Assembly: GCA_963799845.1 (NCBI GenBank)
Contig: CAWCYI010000006.1
Span: 1,184,001 to 1,248,000, forward strand
Length of the DNA: 64,000 bases
Source: an uncultured Nitrososphaerota archaeon
GTDB taxonomy: Archaea > Thermoproteota > Nitrososphaeria > Nitrososphaerales > CADDZS01
Direction: 5' to 3'
Made by a program: the position numbers and the translations under genes. Position 1 is the stretch's first letter. Each line of letters starts with the position of its first letter. Under the pieces are notes generated by a model. The model was not told the DNA's origin and did no database searches. It worked only from the letters and a program-made list of their open reading frames with translations. Of the stretch, positions 50,240-59,950 are shown piece by piece.

Positions 50240-51426
50240 GGTTCATTCCCCAAAATTGCAACATTCGTGTAGGCTAGGTTCTTTGCATATTGCAAATTGC
50301 CCAAGCCTGTGACCATTCCATATTTTGCATTCTTAACCTGTCTCTCCTCCCCTTCTCCGCGGAGCTGTCTGATTGTCTCGATCAAGTTAACAAATCCCCC
50401 TGCCAAGCCCGGCTGTCCTGCTGAAATCTGCCCTCCGCCGGTGTTCACTGGCAGATCTCCTCCAAATGAGAGATCAGTTTTTTCGACAAATTTACCACCT
50501 TCTCCTTTCTTACAAAATCCTGCATCTTCAATTTGCATAAGTACAGCAATGGTGTAGTCATCATATGGCTCGAACAGATCAATGTCATCAATTCGAAGTC
50601 CAGAAGAGTCGAGTGCCGTCTTTGATGATGCCGTTATTCCGGTGTATGTAATGTCCGGGAGGTTTTTGGAACCATGATGGTAATTGTCGCACTCGCCCAA
50701 TCCTAGCACATACACGGGCCTTTCTACCGTAATCAAAGACTTCTCTGCTCTGGTAACAATGAATCCAGCACCTCCATTTACAGGCATGACAGTGTCAAAC
50801 ATCCGTATAGGATCCGCAATAATCCTTGAATTTAGATAATCATCAATTGATAATGAAGTCTTGAAAATGGCATTCGGGTTCAAAACCGCATGATTCCTTT
50901 GAGTCACGGCGATTTTTCCCGTTTGTTCCGGTGTGGTGCCATAAAGCTGCATATGTCGTCTCATTACCATCGCAAACGAGGAGTTCGGCCCCATAACCCC
51001 GAAAGGATTTTCGAAATCATTCCTATGTTGGCTAAGGGTCATTGGCCTAAAACTCATTGGTGAGTCGCCGCCTAAGCAAAGGACCCTGTCTACGATTCCA
51101 GACGCAACCGCACTGACAGCCTGTGACAACGCCGCGATACCACTCGCCCCGCCATGGGAAGGAGTAATGATACATCTGGGAGTTATTCCCAAATGCTCAG
51201 CAACTTCACAGCCGAAACAGATTGGATGATCTACGATTGGATGAAGAACAGCTAGGCCCTGACCGTCAAAATCTTTCATGTCCATGTGAGCGTTTTGCAA
51301 CGTTAGGTCGGCGGCCCACGCCAAGTATTCCCAGAATGAAAGGACGGGCTCTCCTCTCTCGCGCTTCGCCCTTGTTACAGGAGTTTCTGCGTACCCCGTT
51401 ATCACGGCTTTACCGCGAATTGGCAT
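50236..51426 (-). CDS. thiolase-superfamily protein (SCP2/Ltp2-like), partner of DUF35
   Basis: HGGASG, QRNHAVLNPNA, YDDYT, NTGGGQISAG, ETIRQLRGE...RQV. Confidence 0.9.
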   Translation of the reverse strand: MPIRGKAVITGYAETPVTRAKRERGEPVLSFWEYLAWAADLTLQNAHMDMKDFDGQGLAVLHPIVDHPICFGCEVAEHLGITPRCIITPSHGGASGIAALSQAVSAVASGIVDRVLCLGGDSPMSFRPMTLSQHRNDFENPFGVMGPNSSFAMVMRRHMQLYGTTPEQTGKIAVTQRNHAVLNPNAIFKTSLSIDDYLNSRIIADPIRMFDTVMPVNGGAGFIVTRAEKSLITVERPVYVLGLGECDNYHHGSKNLPDITYTGITASSKTALDSSGLRIDDIDLFEPYDDYTIAVLMQIEDAGFCKKGEGGKFVEKTDLSFGGDLPVNTGGGQISAGQPGLAGGFVNLIETIRQLRGEGEERQVKNAKYGMVTGLGNLQYAKNLAYTNVAILGNEP

Positions 51427-51775
51427 AGTTGAATTCTTCTACGATGGCCTTCAGAACCTAGATAATAAATCATAACCTTCTGAGATGAATCGGGTCTCAG
51501 ATTTCGAGTGTTCATTGCTGACTCTGGTTTCTTATCCCGAATCCAACATACAATTCTTTTTGCTGACTGAATGATTCAGGGGGTGCCAAAAGATGAGAAA
51601 AAGCCTGTCCAAGAAAAGTTGAGGAAGAAGACCAGCTTTTATTCATCAGATTTATTTAGGTTCAGCTCACGCGGCTTTTCCTAGTGAATCCAATATAGTG
51701 AACAATCAACGCTCGCTTTTGATATCATGTTCTTGTAAATAGGTCGCACTTTAGTTTGATGAGGAGATCGAAGGG

Positions 51776-52933
51776 TTGATTGATCTTGTTGGCGAGTCCG
51801 AAAAGCTAGATACTACCCGCTCGTCGCCTTACGTCATTGAAGTAAGAAATCTAACCAAGACTTTCATTAAAGGAAGCAACTACGCAGCTGTTAATGAAGT
51901 TTCATTCGAAGTTGGAAAGGAAGTTGTCAGTCTATTCGGTCCTTCGGGTTGTGGTAAAACTACAACCCTGAGGTGTATCGCAGGGCTGGAAAAACCTACT
52001 TCAGGTGAGATATTGATTGACGGAAAATTAGTGAGCTCGCCTTCCAAGAGAATATTCGTTCCACCCGAGAAGAGAAACGTGGGTTTAGTCTTTCAAAGCT
52101 ATGCTTTGTGGCCTCATATGAAGGTCTTTGATAATGTTGCTTTTCCTCTAAAAATTAGGCACATTTCGAAAGCTGAGACGAAGGAACGCGTCCGCAGAGT
52201 TCTAGCTCTAGTTGACTTGGAAATATTTGAAAGTAGATATCCGGCTCAGCTCAGCGGCGGACAGCAACAGAGAGTCGCGTTAGCTCGGAGTCTTGTTTAC
52301 GAGCCTAAAATCCTTCTCTTGGACGAACCGCTTTCGAATCTTGACGCCAAAGTGAGGGAAAGAACTCGAATTGAGCTCAAGAATTTATTGACAAAAATAG
52401 GTATCTCATCGGTCTATGTAACTCACGATCAGGAAGAAGCGTTTGTTATCTCTGATAGAATTTTGGTTATGAAAGATGGCCGAATCGTTCAGGCTGATAA
52501 GCCATACAATATTTATCGCCAACCTGCAGACGAATTTGTAGCCGCGTTTGTTGGAAGATCAAATATTTTGCACGGTACAATAGTGGCAATAAACGAAGGA
52601 AATTGCGAAGTGGTTATATTTGGAAATCGAAGGGTAACTTGTAAACTTCCATCAGAAATGGTCGTGGGTGACGAATGTCTCGTGATTATCCGCTCCAACC
52701 AAGTCAAGTTCGCAAATGCGGAGATCGGTCTAGAAGGCGCGATCCCTTGTGAGATTCAAGCAAAGGAGTACAAGGGTGCCGTGACAGACTACGTCGTGAA
52801 TGTGGGAAACGAAACTCTGACAGTAACTGTGAATGATGAAATCGGTATGGATCAGCAGGGGTATCCGGAAAGACATCAAGTCTTTCTTAAGCTTGCCGAA
52901 GATTCAGTAACGATAATTCCGAAAAAGAAATAA
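51776..52933 (+). CDS. ABC ATP-binding protein (FbpC/PotA-like)
   Basis: GPSGCGKTT, FQSYALWPHM, LSGGQQQR, YVTHDQEEA, C-terminal TOBE-like region. Confidence 0.95.
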   Translation: MIDLVGESEKLDTTRSSPYVIEVRNLTKTFIKGSNYAAVNEVSFEVGKEVVSLFGPSGCGKTTTLRCIAGLEKPTSGEILIDGKLVSSPSKRIFVPPEKRNVGLVFQSYALWPHMKVFDNVAFPLKIRHISKAETKERVRRVLALVDLEIFESRYPAQLSGGQQQRVALARSLVYEPKILLLDEPLSNLDAKVRERTRIELKNLLTKIGISSVYVTHDQEEAFVISDRILVMKDGRIVQADKPYNIYRQPADEFVAAFVGRSNILHGTIVAINEGNCEVVIFGNRRVTCKLPSEMVVGDECLVIIRSNQVKFANAEIGLEGAIPCEIQAKEYKGAVTDYVVNVGNETLTVTVNDEIGMDQQGYPERHQVFLKLAEDSVTIIPKKK

Positions 52934-53024
52934 GCGCCAGGCGAATTTTCGTGATGAAATTTCTAAATCAGACTCATTTGTGCAGATTTAAATAATCCTC
53001 AGCAAACTCATTTCGAAAAAAAAA

Positions 53025-54212
53025 TTGGACTTTTCTCTTTCTGAAGAACAACAGATTCTAATCGAGACGGTCAAAGATTTTACGTCGAAGGAGGTTCAAC
53101 CATGGATTCGATATATCGAGGAGAACCAGACAACCGATTTAGGGCATAAGAAATCAAGGGAAATTTTCAAGAAAGCATCCAAGCTAGGGCTGACAGCCAT
53201 GGGATACCCTGAGGAGGTTGGCGGGATTAGTTCTGACCCAGTAACAATCGGATTAATTCTTGAAGTGCTGGGGATGTATGGCGGTTTACCGCAACTTGAG
53301 TCTGGTCAGCCTCTTTGTGGTCCTTCCGGACCAGGATCGGTGATTGCCGTTGCGGGATCTAAAGAGCAAAAGGAAGAGTGGGTGCCGGGCATTATTGCGG
53401 GAGACAAGGTTGTATCAATTGGTTCGACTGAACCACACTGCGGATCTGATGTTTCCCAGATCAAGACGACTGCGAGAAAGGAAGGAGACGATTATGTCAT
53501 TAACGGGGAGAAACAAATGGTCGGGGGAACTAGATGGTCTGACGCTCATCTCGTATACTGTAGGACGTCGGACGAACCGGGGGCAAAGGGAATCAGCGCG
53601 ATTCTCGTCGAAAATGATCTCGATGGAATAGAAAAGTACCAATTTAAGACACTAGGAGGATCTTTTTGGGAAATAGGTGGTATCCGATACAAGGACGTCC
53701 ATGTCCCCGTAACAAACCTACTCGGGCAGGAAGGCAGAGGTTTTTACCTTGCAATGGGTATGTTTGACTGGATGCGAGCATTAGCCGGCCCTTTTACGAT
53801 AGGTCTCGCCCAACGAGCTCTTGACGAATCGGTTGAGTATGCAAAGCAGCGTCAAGCTTTCGGCCAGCCAATCGGGAAGTGGGAGGCCCTCCAATTTCGT
53901 ATTGCCGAGGGTGCTACTCTGCTCGAGGCAGCCAGATGGCTCTCGTTCAGGGCGCTTTGGCTCGCAACTGCTCATAAGCCATACACCAAGGAGGCATCGA
54001 TGGTGAAATGGTGGGTACCCATGATAGCGTTTAACGTGGTGAACGATTGCATGCAGAATCTCGGAGCGACCGGCTATACGACCAACAGCTATGACGAATT
54101 AAGGCTCAGATATATTCGAGCACTTTGGATTGCTGACGGAACAATGGACATTCAGAAGATTGTGATAGGAAGAGAAATATTGGGACGAGAATTTGTGCCC
54201 TATAAGAAATAG
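53025..54212 (+). CDS. acyl-CoA dehydrogenase
   Basis: MDFSLSEEQ, TEPHCGSD, INGEK, RQAFGQPI, IADGT. Confidence 0.95.
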   Translation: MDFSLSEEQQILIETVKDFTSKEVQPWIRYIEENQTTDLGHKKSREIFKKASKLGLTAMGYPEEVGGISSDPVTIGLILEVLGMYGGLPQLESGQPLCGPSGPGSVIAVAGSKEQKEEWVPGIIAGDKVVSIGSTEPHCGSDVSQIKTTARKEGDDYVINGEKQMVGGTRWSDAHLVYCRTSDEPGAKGISAILVENDLDGIEKYQFKTLGGSFWEIGGIRYKDVHVPVTNLLGQEGRGFYLAMGMFDWMRALAGPFTIGLAQRALDESVEYAKQRQAFGQPIGKWEALQFRIAEGATLLEAARWLSFRALWLATAHKPYTKEASMVKWWVPMIAFNVVNDCMQNLGATGYTTNSYDELRLRYIRALWIADGTMDIQKIVIGREILGREFVPYKK

Positions 54213-54239
54213 GAATTAGGAACTAGGTAGAAATAAGAT

Positions 54240-55019
54240 TTGGTTGAGTTTATAGAAGTCCAGCAAAACCAATCCTATACAATCATAACACTGAACCGTC
54301 CGGAAGTACTCAACGCAATAAATAATGCAATGAGAGCTGAAATGGTCTCTCTGCTAAACGAACTAACAGAGAAAGATGATTGCAGAGCAATCATTTTGAC
54401 AGGAAGGGGGAGATCCTTCTCTGTGGGTGCAGACTTGAAGGAGATGAGTCAGATGACTCCGACAGAATACAGGAAAAAGGCTGGGTTCGGAGCAAACGAG
54501 CCCTACAACACACTTTCTCGTTTTCCAAAACCCACGATAGCTGCAATAAACGGTTTTGCATTAGGCGGTGGTTGTGAACTTGCATTAGCCTGCGACATAC
54601 GAATTGCCTCAAGTGATGCAATGTTAGGACTGCCTGAAGTCTCTAGAGCACTAATTCCTGGTTCTGGAGGCACACAACGATTGCCAAGGTTAATTGGACC
54701 TGGACGAGCAAAAGAGCTCATCTTCACTGGCAAGAGAATCAGTGCAGCTGAGGCTGAGAAAATCGGCCTTGTGAATCATGTCTGTCCTCCCGAGGAACTT
54801 CTAAAGTCAGCATCCGATCTGGCATCAGCCATAGCTGAAAACGCTCCAGTTTCGGTGATGCTTGTGAAAGCTGCTATAGACAGGGGACTCGACATTGACT
54901 TGCGCTCGGGTTTAGCTTACGAGGCGGAGCTTGGTACAATTGCTCTTGGAACCGAAGATAGGCTAGAGGGCGGAAGGGCGTTCCAAGAAAAGCGTCAACC
55001 GAAATATTTGGGTAAGTAA
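54240..55019 (+). CDS. enoyl-CoA hydratase/isomerase
   Basis: LNRPEVLNA, GADL, GGGCEL, LPEV...PGSGGTQRL. Confidence 0.96.
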   Translation: MVEFIEVQQNQSYTIITLNRPEVLNAINNAMRAEMVSLLNELTEKDDCRAIILTGRGRSFSVGADLKEMSQMTPTEYRKKAGFGANEPYNTLSRFPKPTIAAINGFALGGGCELALACDIRIASSDAMLGLPEVSRALIPGSGGTQRLPRLIGPGRAKELIFTGKRISAAEAEKIGLVNHVCPPEELLKSASDLASAIAENAPVSVMLVKAAIDRGLDIDLRSGLAYEAELGTIALGTEDRLEGGRAFQEKRQPKYLGK

Positions 55020-55041
55020 TGTTAGGTTTCTCTTTCTTTTT

Positions 55042-57183
55042 TTGTATTTTTTCTTGCTGCTTTCAATGAATGTGGTGCAAGAGACCTTGATTGAGACTAC
55101 TCTCCTAGATCAAATTTCGGCAGAGCGACTATTGTCGAAGTATGAATTGAAGATGCCGAGGCAAGGAATCGTGTACTCGGAGGAAGAAGCCGTCAACCTT
55201 GCAAAAGAATTCGGAAGCACAGTCGTGCTGAAAATTGCAGATAATAAGGTCCTTCACAAAACAGATGTCGGCGGAGTCAAACTCAATCTTGCAAAAGAGA
55301 TTGACGTACGGGCAGCATATTATGAGCTCGTCAGGAATTTTGGTATCGACTCATCGGAGCATTTCCATAGCTCAGTATTAGTTCAAGAGATGTTGCATGG
55401 AGATCCTCCAATTGAACTAATTTTTGGAGCAAAGAAAGACGAAACTTTCGGAATGATTCTTCTCTTCGGAGTAGGTGGTGTCCAGACTGAGATGTACAAG
55501 GATACTGCGATGTGCGTAGATCCATGGGAAGATCAAGATCTGAAGAACATGATCGGATCTATTAAGGCCCAGCAGTTACTAGATGGGTATCGTGGATCTA
55601 AATCCATTGAAAGGGAAAAATTGTTTCAATTCGCGAAACAATTAGAGCTGCTAGTAAAGGAAAACCCACAGATTGTTGAGATAGATCTCAATCCAATCAT
55701 CCAAACGCAAGGCAAGCTTGTGATCCTAGACGCGAAAATAAACACTTCCGGCAACGGATTTTCTGTAACCAAACAAAGAAGACCTACTTCATTAGAAGAG
55801 GTCAGTTTGCTTCTCAAGCCTAGAAGCATAGCCGTAATAGGTGCGTCCAATGACCCCCAGAAAATAGGTGGTATGATAATTCCTAGACTCGTAAAATTTG
55901 GATTCAACAGCAGCCTCATATTTCCCGTGAATCCAAATCAGGACAAAGTATCGGGACTAACTTGCTACAAGAGTGTAGACCTGATTCCTGAACCCGTTGA
56001 CCTCGCTTGTATTCTGGTTCCTGCTATAGCTGTGGCAGGCGTGGTCGAGCAATTAGGCAGGAAAGGAGTCAGATCCGCCCTTGTTTTCTCCTCGGGATTT
56101 TCAGAATCTGGGAAGGAAACCTTGCAGAAAGATCTGCAATCTAAAGCGGCGGAGTACGGAATAAGATTATGTGGACCAAACAGCGAAGGTATCGTTTCAA
56201 CGTCACACAAGACCTTTGTAAGTTTCAGCCAAAGGTTCGACTATCTTCAATCGCTTGAAAGCGGCTCGTCTTCTATTGTTAGTCAAAGCGGTGGAATATC
56301 GACATATGTAGCTCTCTCGTTAGCTGAACAAAATGCAGGATTTAGCAGTTTAGTTTCTACGGGAAATGAAGTAGATCTCGAGCTATCAGACTTTCTAAAA
56401 TTCTTTGCATTAGACTCTGAAACCAAGGCCGTTGGTGCTTTTGTCGAAGGGATAAGGAACGGGCCTCAGTTCGTTGATGCGGTGAAGGCACTAAACAAGG
56501 CCGGTAAGCCCTTGGTAGTTTACAAGAGCGGGAAGGCTTCTAAAGGCGCAATAGCGGCCGGCCTTCATACAGGGGCCCTTGCCGGATCATATAGTGTATT
56601 CCAAACTCTGATGCGTCAATTAGGAGTTATCGAGGCTCAAATGATTGGAGAACTCGGGGACATTCTCGGCGCCCTTTTTTTTCAACCTTTACCACGGGGT
56701 GATCGGCTTGTTGTCGCATCTGCTTCAGGTGGCGTCAACACAATAATTGCTGACTGGTGCGAAACTAGATCAATTAAACTTCAGGTGTTCGATGAGAACA
56801 AAAAAGCCCAGCTTGCAAAAATACTTCCCGATTTTGGGGCTGGAAGTAATCCATTGGATTTCACAGCTCAGGCGATGAGCAATCCGAGTATCATGAGCGA
56901 TACTTTAGAGCTGCTAGCTGACGAGGGGGACATCTTCGTCGTCGTGATGATAGGTGGAATAAGATTTGCAAAAGCCTATCTCGACATTTGTTCGCCGTTA
57001 ACTTCTCGAAATAAGACCGTAATCACATGCTGGCTTTCACCTAGAGGAGTCAATGAGGATACACGGCGCATTTTACTCGAGCAGAAGTTACCCGTGTATT
57101 CGGAGCCTACACAGGCACTCAGAGTCGTCGAGGCTTTACTCAACTATTCAAAATATTGTCGTGAAAGAGCCCCTAAATTATGA
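55042..57183 (+). CDS. acyl-CoA synthetase (NDP-forming), ATP-grasp/CoA-binding (beta-alpha) fusion
   Basis: HKTDVGGV, EIDLNP, then SIAVIGAS, GPNS, SQSG, TGNEVD, HTGAL; exact start uncertain. Confidence 0.92.
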   Translation: MYFFLLLSMNVVQETLIETTLLDQISAERLLSKYELKMPRQGIVYSEEEAVNLAKEFGSTVVLKIADNKVLHKTDVGGVKLNLAKEIDVRAAYYELVRNFGIDSSEHFHSSVLVQEMLHGDPPIELIFGAKKDETFGMILLFGVGGVQTEMYKDTAMCVDPWEDQDLKNMIGSIKAQQLLDGYRGSKSIEREKLFQFAKQLELLVKENPQIVEIDLNPIIQTQGKLVILDAKINTSGNGFSVTKQRRPTSLEEVSLLLKPRSIAVIGASNDPQKIGGMIIPRLVKFGFNSSLIFPVNPNQDKVSGLTCYKSVDLIPEPVDLACILVPAIAVAGVVEQLGRKGVRSALVFSSGFSESGKETLQKDLQSKAAEYGIRLCGPNSEGIVSTSHKTFVSFSQRFDYLQSLESGSSSIVSQSGGISTYVALSLAEQNAGFSSLVSTGNEVDLELSDFLKFFALDSETKAVGAFVEGIRNGPQFVDAVKALNKAGKPLVVYKSGKASKGAIAAGLHTGALAGSYSVFQTLMRQLGVIEAQMIGELGDILGALFFQPLPRGDRLVVASASGGVNTIIADWCETRSIKLQVFDENKKAQLAKILPDFGAGSNPLDFTAQAMSNPSIMSDTLELLADEGDIFVVVMIGGIRFAKAYLDICSPLTSRNKTVITCWLSPRGVNEDTRRILLEQKLPVYSEPTQALRVVEALLNYSKYCRERAPKL

Positions 57184-57219
57184 AATATGGGTCATTTCAG
57201 ATTCTGTTTTTTGCATGTT

Positions 57220-57520
57220 AACATAACTTGCTTTGTATTGGAGGTTTTCAGGTCATTTAGAATAGAAATAAGCTAGCCAATCTTCATCGGTGCTTTGTCT
57301 TTACCGGACTCGGCAGTTTTTTTCAAATTATTGCAGATCGCTTGGCTGGCATTCGCGAATTTTACTCGTTCATTCATCTGGTTCATCTGCCCGGCCATTT
57401 TGCGCATTGGTTTTGAGTATCTTGACCGGGCCGCGAAAGGCCAGTTGAAAGGAAGCGCAGACAAATAGATGAAACCCCCATAACGGCATTCCTGATTTTA
57501 GTCGGTCGACATCAATTGAT
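57220..57520 (-). pseudogene. degenerate internal fragment of a paralogue of the ThDP enzyme at 12326..14091
   Basis: Aligns by eye to ~12830-13130 (shared ATTTAGAATAGAAATA, TTTGTCTTTACCGGACTCGGCAGTTTT, AACCCCCATAACGGCATTCCTGA), with indels. Confidence 0.85.
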
Positions 57521-57575
57521 AGAATATCGCGAAGTGTACTAACGGTTAAATAGTATCTCAAGTTTTTAGGCGTTT

Positions 57576-58904
57576 ATGAATTCTCGCGTAAAGCATGCGA
57601 TTTCTACAACTGTTGTTATAGGTATAATCGTCATCTTAGTGATTGCCGCTGGGGTCGGCGTTTATCTTGCAACTAGTTCCAAAACTACTACGAGCACGTC
57701 TACGACTCCCACTACGAGTTCAACTCCATCCACAACTTCGACATCGACTACCACTACACCTACTTCATGCACTCCGTACAACATTGGTATTATGGAAGAT
57801 GAAGAAGGAGCGGTCGCATCCTTTGCAAATGAATCAATTCATATGGCTCAGATAGCAGTAAACCAAATAGATGCCCAGGGCGGTGTGAATTGTCACCCAC
57901 TAAAGCTCTTTGTGGCGGATGAAACTACATCCGCTTCAGCTGCTGCTAACACTCTCGTCTTGCAAGACAACATTAGCGCACTGGTCGGCATCACATACGC
58001 AGGCGATGCGGAAGCCATCTTTCCATTCCTTTCTGCTCATCATATAATTACGATAATGAATACTGCGAGCAACAATGCTCTTCTTGAGAATCTAACAACC
58101 GATTATACTGACTACCAATACTTCTTCAGAATAACACCCACTGATGCTGAGATGGCTCAAAGTGCGATAAACTTCACTGCGTCTGTGATAAAACCTTCCT
58201 CGGTTTACTTTGTGGCTGAAGATCTGTCTTTTGCGCACGAGTTGTTCCAGAACCTCTCAAACTTTGCAACTGCAGCAGGAATTAGTGTCGCTGGATCTAC
58301 TTTTGTCCCGCTCAGCCAGACAGATTTTAGCACTACCGCAACTACAGTCGCGGCAGCAAATCCTGGGTTGGTCATCGATTGTCAGACTGGATCTGGAGCT
58401 GGTTCATTCATCCAAGATCTAAGGGCGACTCCTGCAGGTGCCAACATGAAGGTTCTTTACATGTGCAACGGAGCATTGGCTGATCCTGGATTTCAGGGTT
58501 ACTTAGAGTCGTCCGACGCGACATTGCTCAATGGAGTGGTCTTTCAAGTCGAACCAAGTACTGCCTCAGTGGCGCTGAACAACGTCAGCACTTATGTGGC
58601 TACCCAGTACACCAAAGTCATGGGAAGCTTCTATCCATATTATTCATTCGTGTCTAATGACTATTCGTCAGTAGTCGTTCTTGCTGCTGCCCTCAAGCAG
58701 GCTGGAACAATTTCAAATGTGACCGCTATTGTTTCCGCGCTACAAACTGTAAGTGCAGTGGGACCAACTGGTACAATTCAATTCAATTCTCAGCACATAT
58801 GGAACCCTGGCTTTTGGTATACCCAAATCCAAGCACCCTACACGGAGAAAGTAATCTATCCAAGCGCCAATGCAAATGGGTCTTACAACGCTACCCTTTC
58901 GTAG
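57576..58904 (+). CDS. branched-chain-amino-acid-type ABC substrate-binding protein
   Basis: KHAISTT plus TM, Thr/Ser linker, GGVNCHPLKL, YFFRITPTD, GPTGTIQF. Confidence 0.9.
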   Translation: MNSRVKHAISTTVVIGIIVILVIAAGVGVYLATSSKTTTSTSTTPTTSSTPSTTSTSTTTTPTSCTPYNIGIMEDEEGAVASFANESIHMAQIAVNQIDAQGGVNCHPLKLFVADETTSASAAANTLVLQDNISALVGITYAGDAEAIFPFLSAHHIITIMNTASNNALLENLTTDYTDYQYFFRITPTDAEMAQSAINFTASVIKPSSVYFVAEDLSFAHELFQNLSNFATAAGISVAGSTFVPLSQTDFSTTATTVAAANPGLVIDCQTGSGAGSFIQDLRATPAGANMKVLYMCNGALADPGFQGYLESSDATLLNGVVFQVEPSTASVALNNVSTYVATQYTKVMGSFYPYYSFVSNDYSSVVVLAAALKQAGTISNVTAIVSALQTVSAVGPTGTIQFNSQHIWNPGFWYTQIQAPYTEKVIYPSANANGSYNATLS

Positions 58905-58930
58905 CAGTAAACAAGAAGATTCCAAGAACG

Positions 58931-58967
58931 AGGGGGAATATTCGGGGTTCTCCCCCCTTCAATTTTT
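58931..58967 (+). terminator. GC-rich hairpin plus T-tract between SBP and permease
   Basis: AGGGGG...CCCCCT stem, then AATTTTT. Confidence 0.45.
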
Positions 58968-59071
58968 CTACTCAATTTTTGAAGAGCCTACTTAGTAGTC
59001 TAAGCTGAATAGGATTCTATGTTTAATTATTTGTAGTCGAAGAAAACGGATGATTGTAAGAAGGCAGTAAT

Positions 59072-59950
59072 TTGATCCCTCTGACACCAACGTTTGTCGA
59101 GCAGATATCAGTTAACGCAATACTCCTTGGCCTTGTTTACGGTATGGTTGGTCTCGGACTTTCTCTCGTCTTGGGAATAATGAACGTCCTAAATATATCT
59201 CATGGATCCATGTACATCCTAGGCGGTTACCTAACGTATTACATATCGGAGCAGCTTCACTATGCCCCTATTCTAGGCTTAGCTTTTGCAGCAGTTGTAA
59301 CTTTTGGCCTCGGGGTTGTCTTCGAACTCATATTTGTGGACAGGGTTTCAAATGATCCTACTAGGGTCATGCTAATCACCTTCGGAATAGCTATCATAAT
59401 AGAACAAGTTACGTTGCTAATCTGGGGTGGGACTGCCATACCGACACCTGCTCTCGTAAAGGGCTTTACGACAGTCGGCCGAGTCATCGACTTTCAGAAT
59501 GAGCAACTGCTGGCGGCTCTAACCGGCATCGGTGTCGCTGTGATTACATCACTGTTTCTTCGTTTTACTGAGTTTGGAAGAGCAATGCGAATGGTTTCGC
59601 AGAATAGCGAGGCCGCCCTTTCAATAGGCGTAAATTCCCGTTGGGTATTCGCAGTTGCGTTGGGAATAGGCTCTCTCTACGCTGGCTTGGCTGGCTCTCT
59701 TCTCTCGCCAATAACATTTGTTCAGCCGAATTACCAGTGGTTACCACTGCTCTTTGCATTCGTTGTAGTAGCAGTTGGTGGCCTCGGAAGCGTAATCGGC
59801 AGTATCATTGGGGGGCTTATTTTCGGAATCCTCGAGACTATTGGCGAAGTAGTCTTCCCATCGAGCGCGGATATCCTAGTCTTTGTTTTGATAATCGTGA
59901 TTATTCTTGTACGCCCACGGGGACTGTTTGGAGCAAAGGAAAGAATTTGA
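59072..59950 (+). CDS. livH: branched-chain ABC permease (LivH-like)
   Basis: GLSLVLGIMNVLNISHG, FGRAMRMVSQN, GGLGS, RPRGLFG. Confidence 0.92.
   Translation: MIPLTPTFVEQISVNAILLGLVYGMVGLGLSLVLGIMNVLNISHGSMYILGGYLTYYISEQLHYAPILGLAFAAVVTFGLGVVFELIFVDRVSNDPTRVMLITFGIAIIIEQVTLLIWGGTAIPTPALVKGFTTVGRVIDFQNEQLLAALTGIGVAVITSLFLRFTEFGRAMRMVSQNSEAALSIGVNSRWVFAVALGIGSLYAGLAGSLLSPITFVQPNYQWLPLLFAFVVVAVGGLGSVIGSIIGGLIFGILETIGEVVFPSSADILVFVLIIVIILVRPRGLFGAKERI

Noticed and set aside
57680-57770. ACT/ACG-rich repetitive DNA (also ~43390-43505)
   Set aside because: Encodes Thr/Ser linkers of solute-binding proteins; not a CRISPR array or mobile repeat.
59641-59946. Long N-terminal extension of livM in the track
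   Set aside because: Overlaps livH by ~300 nt and is not protein-like; TTG 59947 is the more plausible start.
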